A stretch of DNA of 64,000 bases from a virus: the IMG/VR virus record IMGVR_UViG_3300031951_000037, positions 1-64,000 of that record. One strand, given 5' to 3'. The position numbers were made by a program, and so were the translations under genes. Under the pieces are notes generated by a model. That model did not search any database, was not told the origin of the DNA, and saw only the letters and a program-made list of their open reading frames with translations. Below are positions 1 through 8,900 of the stretch, piece after piece. Numbering within the stretch: the stretch's first letter is position 1; each line of letters starts with the position of its first letter.

Positions 1-2407
1 CTACACTAACGTTAACATTTCCGTTTGCAGCAGGAATATTGACATTGCTGTTGCCGTTTGCTACTGGACCAATCAAGTTACCAACAGAAGTATTTCCTGA
101 TACAGTCAATGAAGTGAGCGTACCAACGCTAGTAATGTTTGGTTGCGCTGCTGTTGTTACTGTACCTGCTGTAGTTGCTGCGCCACTTAATGCACCAACG
201 AAAGTCGTTGCGGTAATAGAAGCATTGCCTAAGTTAGCACTAATGCCAGTGTTGATTACTGCACTTGAGTTCCCATTAGCACTACTTGTAGTGAATGTGG
301 GATATACTGTTGTTGCTGATGATGTGTTCTGTAAAAGAGCAGAAGCATTAGTTGCTGCTGTAGCACTTGCTACTGCACCGCTGACATTAGCTCCCTGAAT
401 ATTTGCGAGAGTATTTGCATTTAGTCCAGCAGTAAATGTTGAATTCCAAGTACCGCTAGTAATTGTGCCAACGTTTGTAATGTTGTTAGTTACAGCATTT
501 GGAAGAGTTCCGGTAACATTACTTGCTTGCAATGAGCTTAATCCATTACCATTACCAGTAAATACGCCCGTGTTAGCAGTGAAGTTGGGAGCTGTGACAG
601 TTCCACTTACACCTAGTGAAGTTAATGTACCAACACTCGTGATGTTTGGTTGTGCTGCTGTGGTTAATGTACCGGTAAGAAGCGATGCGCCAATAGTACC
701 TGAGTTGGCATAGACGTTGCCTGCGGTTACGTTACCTGTTACTGCAAGAGAAGTTAGAGTACCAACACTTGTAATGTTTGGTTGTGCAGCGGTTGTTACT
801 GTACCAGCAGTGGTTGCGCTAGTAGCTGCACCACTTAATGCACCAACGAAAGTCGTTGCAGTAATAGAGTTGTTTGCTAAGTTTGCACTAATACCTGTAC
901 TAATAACTGCGCTTGAGTTACCATTCGCACTTGAAGTACTGAAAGTGGGGTATACTGTAGTTGCTGCTGAAGTGTTCTGTAAGAGGGCAGCAGCGTTGGT
1001 CGCTGAACCAACAGTACCAGTAACGTTTGCACCAGCAAGTCCAGTCAATGCTTGTCCGTTACCGATAATATTACCGACACGCAAGTTACCATACGTGGTA
1101 AACGTTACGACTTCGTTAGTGAGAGTAGCTACAGATGCAAGACCAAACTCAGCATTACTTACGTCCCAGCCCATAAATGCTATACGAGCAGCAGTATCAA
1201 AATAATTTAAAGCGGTACCAACATCTTTACCTGAGTTGCTTGTCGGTGCAGCACCGTTTGGTCCAGTCTGTAGATTGATGATCGGATCTTCAACAGCCAA
1301 CGTATCAACATTGACATAAGTTAAGTTACCATCAACGGTCAGGTTACCGCTAATAACTGCATTACCGCTTACTGCTAAGTTAGTTAACGTTCCTACTGTA
1401 GTAATGTTTGGCTGCGATGCGGTGGTTAATGTACCGGTAAAGAAATTAGCTGATACTAGATTTGCGCCAGTAATGTTGCCGCCTGTACCCGTACCAACTG
1501 TTAGATTTGCAGCAGTAAGATTGCCCCCGATATTACCGGTACCCGTTACGCTAAGTGAACCAGTAGTAGTAAGATTTCCACCTGACACATTGCCAGTTGC
1601 TGTGATTAACCCAGCAGTACCTAAGTTACCAACGTTAGCGTTGCCAGTAGCATTTAATGTGCCTGCGATATTGACACCGGTACCGGTAACTGTTACAATG
1701 TTTGCATTACCTGATACTGAGACGGTGACGTTGCCGTTTGCAGTTGCAATGTTTAGATTAGAGTTACCATTAGAAACATTAGATACGCTTGTGATAATGC
1801 CAGTTAACTGGCTACCATTACCGATAAAGAAGTTTGCGGAGACATTTCCGTTTGCGTCTCTGACTGCTACCGTATTCGCTGTAGCTGTTTGCGAAGTGTT
1901 GAACCCGTCCAATAAGTCGGCATTCAAGTTAGATACTACTGTATTTGATGAAACTACTAGAGGAGCAGTTCCAGTTGCAATATTACTGATTAATTGAGTA
2001 CCTGAAATATTTCCAGTAGCTATTACTCTACCCGTACCTAAGTTGCCTGTGTTGGCATTACCAGTAGCATTTAATGTACCAGTAATGTTTGCGCCTGTTC
2101 CGGTAATTACAAGAGTTGTATTACCAACTGCGGTAATATTAACATTGCCATTAGCAGCAGGAATGTTGACATTTGAGTTACCGTTTGAAATTCGGTCAGT
2201 GCTAAGTCCAGTTAGCTGACTTCCGTTACCTATAAAAAATGTAGCAGCGACATTACCCGTTGCAGAAATATTTCCAGTTACTGTTAGATCGCCAACCGGT
2301 GACGATGACGTTCTAACCCATGCGGTCTGTGCGCTATCATAGGTATATAGGGTGCCATTGACAGTTGCCTGTTGACCGTTAGTTGGATTTGACGGGAATA
2401 ATGCCAT
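1..2407 (-). CDS. Repeat-rich fibre/virion protein, partial (3' end runs off the window)
   Basis: Not in the ORF track because no stop lies in the window. Manual translation from ATG 2407 gives MALFPSNPTNGQQATVNGTLYTYDSAQTAW... and the same TTAAQPNITSVGTLTSL and LLQNTS..VYPTF repeats as the 1916-aa fibre; late box 25 nt upstream. Confidence 0.88.
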   Translation of the reverse strand, partial: MALFPSNPTNGQQATVNGTLYTYDSAQTAWVRTSSSPVGDLTVTGNISATGNVAATFFIGNGSQLTGLSTDRISNGNSNVNIPAANGNVNITAVGNTTLVITGTGANITGTLNATGNANTGNLGTGRVIATGNISGTQLISNIATGTAPLVVSSNTVVSNLNADLLDGFNTSQTATANTVAVRDANGNVSANFFIGNGSQLTGIITSVSNVSNGNSNLNIATANGNVTVSVSGNANIVTVTGTGVNIAGTLNATGNANVGNLGTAGLITATGNVSGGNLTTTGSLSVTGTGNIGGNLTAANLTVGTGTGGNITGANLVSANFFTGTLTTASQPNITTVGTLTNLAVSGNAVISGNLTVDGNLTYVNVDTLAVEDPIINLQTGPNGAAPTSNSGKDVGTALNYFDTAARIAFMGWDVSNAEFGLASVATLTNEVVTFTTYGNLRVGNIIGNGQALTGLAGANVTGTVGSATNAAALLQNTSAATTVYPTFSTSSANGNSSAVISTGISANLANNSITATTFVGALSGAATSATTAGTVTTAAQPNITSVGTLTSLAVTGNVTAGNVYANSGTIGASLLTGTLTTAAQPNITSVGTLTSLGVSGTVTAPNFTANTGVFTGNGNGLSSLQASNVTGTLPNAVTNNITNVGTITSGTWNSTFTAGLNANTLANIQGANVSGAVASATAATNASALLQNTSSATTVYPTFTTSSANGNSSAVINTGISANLGNASITATTFVGALSGAATTAGTVTTAAQPNITSVGTLTSLTVSGNTSVGNLIGPVANGNSNVNIPAANGNVNVSV
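399..454. repeat. 56-nt exact repeat, identical to 7937-7992 in a different fibre gene
   Basis: ATATTTGCGAGAGTATTTGCATTTAGTCCAGCAGTAAATGTTGAATTCCAAGTACC is present at both positions. Confidence 0.9.
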
Positions 2408-2432
2408 TAGTTACTTTTCCTATTATTTTATG

Positions 2433-2440
2433 TATTTAGT
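2433..2440 (-). promoter_or_regulatory. T4-late-type promoter box ACTAAATA
   Basis: Upstream of ATG 2407; resembles the T4 late consensus TATAAATA; a gp55-like sigma factor is encoded in the window. Confidence 0.6.
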
Positions 2441-2448
2441 CTTAGCTG

Positions 2449-2622
2449 TCACCACTTATTTAATGGGCAAGTTTCTTGTTCCTCTGATGTTAGTATTGAT
2501 ATGGGTATGTTATTTAGAGCGCAATGCGGCCAAGGTTCTTGAATGTTTTCAACGCACATAATACAAATTGATATCCTTTCTTGCTGAGTTGCAGGGTCAA
2601 TATTATTGTGTAAGTCACTCAT
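2449..2622 (-). CDS. 57-aa Cys-rich protein (CxxC-x10-C-x17-CPxxxW), missed by the ORF track
   Basis: Manual translation MSDLHNNIDPATQQERISICIMCVENIQEPWPHCALNNIPISILTSEEQETCPLNKW; ATGA overlap with the upstream LamG stop; paralog at 5026-5259. Confidence 0.85.
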   Translation of the reverse strand: MSDLHNNIDPATQQERISICIMCVENIQEPWPHCALNNIPISILTSEEQETCPLNKW

Positions 2623-2639
2623 ATACCATACCTTCCTCT
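2616..2639. repeat. 24-nt direct repeat at a gene junction, identical copy at 3815-3838
   Basis: Minus strand AGAGGAAGGTATGGTATATGAGTG encodes RGRYGI-stop and overlaps the next ATG. Confidence 0.9.
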
Positions 2640-3821
2640 GTAAGCTGCAAAATTTTGAGCTACCTGATCAGCAGTTAGAGCTACATTATAAACTTGTATC
2701 GACCCAATACTTCCTGGAAATTTTGCTGCCCAAGAGCTTCCTATCATGTCAATAGGGTTATTATTTCCTGAAGTAGAGTTTGCAACGTTGCTGTCCAATA
2801 CTCCGTCAACATACATTGCCATTGTACTATTAGAGTTATTGACCCAAGTCAGCATGTGCCAAACGTTATCGTTAACATTGGGTCCTACTCCTAACTTTTG
2901 TGACCAAGCAGAATTTTGATATGTCCAGTATGCAATCTTCCCACTATTTACACACATAGCCGAATAGACCGGACCGCCGCTTTGGTTAGACATGATTGCT
3001 CCTGTCCCTAATGTAGAGGCGTTAGTAGTTGTTTTTACCCAAGCACTAGCAGTCCATGGTAAATTTCCATTTCCTAAACTTATTGTAGGTATAGTTAAGT
3101 TGTCAGTTGTTCCGTTAAAACTAAATGTGTTATTAGATGCATACGTGAGTGCGCCAATTGTAATCGTTCTTCCGCCGGTTAGGTCGGTTAATGCTGTCGT
3201 TGCGCTTCTAGCACCGTATGGTCCAACAAACGGAGCAGTAAAATTACTTGAGGAGGTGACTAATACCTGTGGATTCTTATATAGAATAAATCCGCTAGAT
3301 GCAAGATAAGAAGGATTACATGCGCCGGGGTAAAGCAATAAATTATAACTCTGTGCGCTCGTGACTCCAGACGCTATCGTAGCAGTTTTCCAAACGCCTT
3401 TAATTGTGGGAGTAGGGTCGGCAGCAAATCCACCATTTGGGCCCTCAATATTTGCAAGGTAATTAACCGTAGGGTAATTTGCTGCGTCTGAAGATATAAA
3501 ATAATCAAAGGTAAAAGTTATATACTGTCCCGCTGAAACGGTGATAGCATTTCCATGATAGTAACACCCTTCAGTTGCGGTTAAGTCGTAACGATACACT
3601 ACATCATCATTTGTTATAGTATATCCCCCAAAGGTTCCGGTATATATTCGCTTGAACGTACCGGTTCCTTGTAGTGCGAAGGTAACATCCCCGTTTGCGA
3701 TAGGGGTAGGAATAGCATATTGGTTTGTTACTGCGGCGCCCTTCCAAGACATGATATTATCCATATCATATGCAAAAATCAATCCAGTATTATATAAGTT
3801 AGACCCAGCGACTACACTCAT
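2619..3821 (-). CDS. LamG/concanavalin A-like lectin-fold virion protein (400 aa)
   Basis: C-terminal WHMLTWV...MYVDG...IGSIQVYNVALTADQVAQNF pattern typical of LamG-3 domains; N-terminal GLIFAYD strand. Confidence 0.8.
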   Translation of the reverse strand: MSVVAGSNLYNTGLIFAYDMDNIMSWKGAAVTNQYAIPTPIANGDVTFALQGTGTFKRIYTGTFGGYTITNDDVVYRYDLTATEGCYYHGNAITVSAGQYITFTFDYFISSDAANYPTVNYLANIEGPNGGFAADPTPTIKGVWKTATIASGVTSAQSYNLLLYPGACNPSYLASSGFILYKNPQVLVTSSSNFTAPFVGPYGARSATTALTDLTGGRTITIGALTYASNNTFSFNGTTDNLTIPTISLGNGNLPWTASAWVKTTTNASTLGTGAIMSNQSGGPVYSAMCVNSGKIAYWTYQNSAWSQKLGVGPNVNDNVWHMLTWVNNSNSTMAMYVDGVLDSNVANSTSGNNNPIDMIGSSWAAKFPGSIGSIQVYNVALTADQVAQNFAAYRGRYGI

Positions 3822-5026
3822 ATACCATACCTTCCTCTAGTAGCATTGAAGTTCTGTATTACTTCACTGGCAGAAAGCACCCTGTTATAAACTCTAACTA
3901 TACCGATATTACCATTATAGAAATATCCTCCTGAATTGTAAGACCCTACAGTGATTCCTCCTGAATTAGTTGCTAGTGTTCCGGTAGTAGCAGAATCAGT
4001 TGCTACTTCAACGCCATTAACATAAATTTTCTTTGATCCTGAGGTGTACGTTGCTACAATCTGTGCCCAGCTTGACGTACTAATATTTGACGATGCTGCG
4101 GACAAGGTAGTATATCCTGCACCTACATAAGTTCTCCATTGAATAGCCGTCCCTTCTTGAAATAGTGCGTACTGAGTATTTACCGTACCCTTTTCGAAAA
4201 AGAAACCATTTTGGTTTAGTGAGTTGGTTTTTACCCAAACTTCTACCGTAGGTGTTTGCGTATCTAGTGCAGTATTATTAGGAGATGTAATCACGCTGCT
4301 TGACCCATTGAATCCAAGTGTGCCGTTACTAGCATAGGTTAAGTTGCTAGCGGTGTACGTATTTGTACCTAATGGATCACTAAACACTTGGGTAGAACTT
4401 CTAGTAGTATTAAGGTTAGGCCAAAAGTTTGGACTCAATTGCGTATAGTCTCCGGGCGCCACCATAACTTTGGCTAGATAGAATATATCAGAAACATTGT
4501 ATTGATAGTAGAATGATCTAAACACAATCTGTGCAGTAGTTGCTTGTGTAGTGAACGTGTTCCAAGCCCAAAACCATCCGTCACCCAATGATATTTGTTT
4601 AGCAGTGTCAAATACGCCTGCTTCTGTTACGTAAGTTCCACCAGAAGTATATTCGTACCGATACATAAAGTTAGGGTGTGTATACCCTGATGTACATTTA
4701 TATACGATAGCATAGGTGTAGGTTGTTGATGGACTACATGCAACGTTAGCGTTACCGTTAGTAAAATAAAACTGTTGCATACAACAATAGCTAGTAGAAT
4801 TACTATTATATCCGTTAACGAAGGGCGAAGTTGTTTGTCCTAAGTTAGGAATCATCGTGCTTACGTTACCGGTTGTGTATTCAATATTCACACCGCTAGT
4901 AGCAGTTGGAACAATTGTCTGTGCTAAATTTTGAATTGCAGGGCCATTATAACTGCGTTGGTTACCGGTGTCTATTAAATAAACAAGACCGGCTGATACA
5001 GGTGCAGATCCATTAAACTGTGCCAT
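3818..5026 (-). CDS. LamG-like lectin-fold virion protein; start revised to ATG 5026
   Basis: TVEVWVK...WAQIVATY...IYVNG...IGIVRVYNRVLSASEVIQNF; TAATG overlap with the upstream stop favours MAQFNG as the start. Confidence 0.8.
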   Translation of the reverse strand: MAQFNGSAPVSAGLVYLIDTGNQRSYNGPAIQNLAQTIVPTATSGVNIEYTTGNVSTMIPNLGQTTSPFVNGYNSNSTSYCCMQQFYFTNGNANVACSPSTTYTYAIVYKCTSGYTHPNFMYRYEYTSGGTYVTEAGVFDTAKQISLGDGWFWAWNTFTTQATTAQIVFRSFYYQYNVSDIFYLAKVMVAPGDYTQLSPNFWPNLNTTRSSTQVFSDPLGTNTYTASNLTYASNGTLGFNGSSSVITSPNNTALDTQTPTVEVWVKTNSLNQNGFFFEKGTVNTQYALFQEGTAIQWRTYVGAGYTTLSAASSNISTSSWAQIVATYTSGSKKIYVNGVEVATDSATTGTLATNSGGITVGSYNSGGYFYNGNIGIVRVYNRVLSASEVIQNFNATRGRYGI

Positions 5027-5259
5027 TACCAGTATCCTTCCGGGCAAGCTAATTGAGTAGCAGATATCATTAAATTAATATCAAGCTGTGTTATAGAACA
5101 TTTTGTAATTTCTTCATTAGTTCGGTTCACACAAACGTTACACTTACTGACTCTAAACGCTCTTGTCTGTCTATTGCAAGAGGTATAGTCAGGTGCATCT
5201 GGCTCAGCAATAATTGGCGGGTCATCGCCTTCTGGACGGGGCGGCGTGTCCGGCGTCAT
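5026..5259 (-). CDS. 77-aa Cys-rich protein (CxxC-x10-C-x17-CPxxxW), paralog of 2449-2622
   Basis: KCNVC...KC...ACPEGYW; ATGA overlap with the preceding LamG gene. Confidence 0.8.
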   Translation of the reverse strand: MTPDTPPRPEGDDPPIIAEPDAPDYTSCNRQTRAFRVSKCNVCVNRTNEEITKCSITQLDINLMISATQLACPEGYW

Positions 5260-5945
5260 ATTCCATAGTTCCTTCTAATTGCATTAAAGTTTTGCTCTAC
5301 TTGTGCCGCAGTCAATACATTATTATATACATGAACGCACCCTAGTTGTGCTAACGTAGCAGTATATGCCGGAAAGAGTTGGATTACTGCACTTCCTCTG
5401 GTTTTTGGTGAGGACACTGTCCCGGTTCCCAGTGAGACGCCATTCACATATGCAGTAGAAGTTGCTCCATTTTTAGTTTGACCAATATAAAACCAAGTAT
5501 TCAGCGCAAACTCTGTTCCAGCAGAACCTAATGAGGTTTGTCCAAAGTCGTTTCCTGAATTAGCAGGATCATATCTCCAATGTATGTAACGTTGTGTAGG
5601 GTATCTCCAAACTCCAGGGGTCCTGTCAGTGCCGCCTGCAGGGTATCCGAAAATTTGATCCCAGCTACCAGACGTACCATTTGGATAAGTTCCAGTTGAG
5701 TTCAGTCTTATAGTAAAGAAAATTGAATGGGTGTCGGTATTTAAAAGAGAAGTGGTGGGAGTATTCCAAGCTACTCCGGAAGCAAGCCCGGTGGCACTTA
5801 AGCCTGACGCACCGGTTGCGTGTAGATTATTTCCACTTACATCAAACCATGTAGTAGTACTTCCAGTGAAGCTTTCAGGGTTGAACACATCCAAGCATAG
5901 ACCCAGATCACTAGCAACTATTCCAGGGTTATACGCAATAGCCAC
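5256..5945 (-). CDS. LamG-like lectin-fold protein (229 aa, GTG start)
   Basis: LGLCLDV N-terminus; WFYIG...AYVNG...VHVYNNVLTAAQVEQNF C-terminus. Confidence 0.8.
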   Translation of the reverse strand: MAIAYNPGIVASDLGLCLDVFNPESFTGSTTTWFDVSGNNLHATGASGLSATGLASGVAWNTPTTSLLNTDTHSIFFTIRLNSTGTYPNGTSGSWDQIFGYPAGGTDRTPGVWRYPTQRYIHWRYDPANSGNDFGQTSLGSAGTEFALNTWFYIGQTKNGATSTAYVNGVSLGTGTVSSPKTRGSAVIQLFPAYTATLAQLGCVHVYNNVLTAAQVEQNFNAIRRNYGI

Positions 5946-5955
5946 TTGATATTCC

Positions 5956-8900
5956 TTATCCGTACGTTGCGTTCAAGGTATACCACTGAGTAGATGAAGT
6001 AGAGAAGTACTCTAATCTCGCCCCAGCCGGTTGTGAGTAAGAAGCGTTAGTTGATCCGGAGTTAACTACTGCCCCTGAAGGAGGATATACGTTCAACGCA
6101 TTTGCACTAGTATTTACAATTATAATTCTAGTGCCTGCAGGAACTGTAGGAAGAATTACCCCATTTGCGCCGTTACTAACTGTGCTTACTACGGTAATTG
6201 GTCTAGTTAGTGCAGTTGCAGTACCTTGAGTCGAGCCAGCTCCTGCGGCACCGGTTGTCACACCAAATGAAACAAATCCACCTGATGCTGCTAATTGAAT
6301 ATTACCACCCGAATCAACACTGATCAATGGGACACCAGAAACATCATTTACGGTAAAGATGTTACCGGTCATACTATCTACGATACTGAATAGCTGGCCT
6401 GCGTTTCCATTCCAAGATAGAGTTCCGCCGTTTGCCATTCTTTCAGTAATAGTATTTGAACCATTAGGCGATACATAGGATACATTTGATTGTATAGTTA
6501 CATTTCCGACGAGAGACGTAGTACCGGTTACTGAAAGTCTGTGTGTTGGTGCAGTATTGCCGATACCTACATTACCGTTTGTGTCAACACGCATACGTTC
6601 CGAATTGCCGGCGTAAAAAGTGAGCGGGACAAAACTTCCTGTACCGCGCACTGATGAGATAAATCGTACATCAGTATTGGCAATTACAGCATATTGTCCA
6701 AATTGCCCGTTAGTTATTGCCGGATCGCTTTCCACTGAGAATGCGGCTACTGTACCAGTACCGTTTGGAATCGCATGAACTACCGTATTAGTATTTAAAG
6801 CACTACTTTGGAAAGCGACTCGGCTGTTTACTGTTGCGTTTGAAAAATCTCCAAGTATGCGCTGGCCGGTACTATTAAATGTTAAGTTACCAGATGTTGT
6901 CAGTGAAGTTAATGTACCAGTTGAAGTGATATTAGGTTGGGCTGCGGTTGTTACAGTACCGGCTGTAGTTGCGCTTGCCACTGTACCAGTGACGTTAGAA
7001 CCGGTAACCAACCCGTTCCAAGTTACGTTAGCAGCAGTCTGAGTTATTGAACCTACCGCAGTGTTTGCAGCATTAAAGAACGTCATCATGTTGGTGCCGT
7101 CAGTTGCCGGCTGCATTGCCAAACCGAATAGTGTTCCGCCACCAGTAAACTTAATACCTACTGAACTGCTTGCGCCACCAATCTGAGTATACCCTCCTAT
7201 TTCAAGCGCATTGCTAGTAGAGGTCAAGCTAGCTTTACCCGATACAGTGAGACTTGATAGTGTACCAGTTGAAGTAATATTGGGTTGTGCTGCCGTTGTT
7301 ACAGTACCAGCAGTGGTTGCACTCGTAGCAGCACCACTTAGCGCACCAACGAACGTGGTTGCTGTGATAGAGGCATTGCCTAAGTTAGCACTGATACCTG
7401 TATTGAATACTGCTTGGCTGTTACCATTTGCGCTTGAAGTGGTAAACGTTGGGTATACTGTTGTTGCAGTGCTTGTGTTCTGTAATAAAGCAGCGGCATT
7501 AGTTGCGGCATCTGCGAAACCAGAGTTTGCAACGTTCAAGTTGGCAACACGAGTAGTTGAAGTTACAGTTAGCGGGGCAGTGCCTGTTACAACGTTAGAT
7601 ACTAACGTACTTGCCGTAACTGCTCCAGACACACCTAATGATGTGAGGGTACCTACACTCGTGATGTTTGGTTGTGCTGCTGTTGTTACAGTACCGGCGG
7701 TTGTAGCACTTGTTGCCGCACCTGATAGGGCACCAACAAAAGTTGTAGCCGTAATAGAAGCATTGCCTAAGTTAGCACTGATACCCGTATTGAATACTGC
7801 TGCGCTATTGCCGTTTGCACTAGAAGTGGTGAATGTTGGGTAAACAGTTGTTGCGGTTGATGTGTTCTGTAATAAAGCACTGGCATTCGTTGCAGCAGTA
7901 GCACTTGCTACAGTGCCACTTACATTAGCACCCTGGATATTTGCGAGAGTATTTGCATTTAGTCCAGCAGTAAATGTTGAATTCCAAGTACCAGCAGTAA
8001 TAGTGCCAACATTTGATATCGCATTTGTTACTGAAGTTGGTAATGTTCCGGTGACGTTACTTGCCTGTAATGAAGACAGTCCGTTACCATTACCTGTAAA
8101 TACACCTGTGTTAGCAGTGAATGCTACCGCAGTAACGGTTCCATTAACACCAAGCGAAGTTAATGTGCCGACAGAAGTAATGTTTGGTTGAGCATTGGTT
8201 GTTACTGTACCGGCTGTAGTAGCCGCACCAGATAGAGCACCTACGAAGGTTGTTGCTGTAATAGAGTTATTTGATAGGTTGGCAGTGAGGCCCGTACTTG
8301 TTAGTTCTGATACGTTACCTGTTGCTGCATTTGCAAATACGAGGAAGTTATTTCCTGTTCCAGCAGATGCACTAATAAAATCAGCAACGTTTGCACGGGC
8401 AACATATAAGTTAGGGACTAGTGTGGTACTTGTAACTGTTAAGGGAGCAGTACCTGCCGCGACATTTGAAGTCAGTGTGCTTGCAACTACTGCACCAGCA
8501 GTATTTAAGTTACCTGCGCTCGCATTACCTGTAACAGTAAGTGAGCCAAGCGTACCTACACTAGTAATCTGTGTTTGCGAAGCGTTGACACTAAATGTAG
8601 AACCAGTTAGTGTTAATCCAGTACCAGCATTATATGTACCAGCACCTGAGAACTGAGTAAAGTTAATGTTATTACCAGCAGTACCTATTGCAGTTACAGT
8701 ATCAGTTTGCACCCAACCAGTGTTATCGTACAATGTACCGCCCGTAACGAACACGAAGTCGCCTGCTTCTACTTCAGGTACACTATCATAGTCAGTAGCA
8801 CGAGTAATGACAGTAGCATTACTCCAAGTATAGATACCGTTATGTACTGCGTTTGCTTCGCTTCTAACCAAGATACGAGTACCGGCAGTTTGAACGTTAA

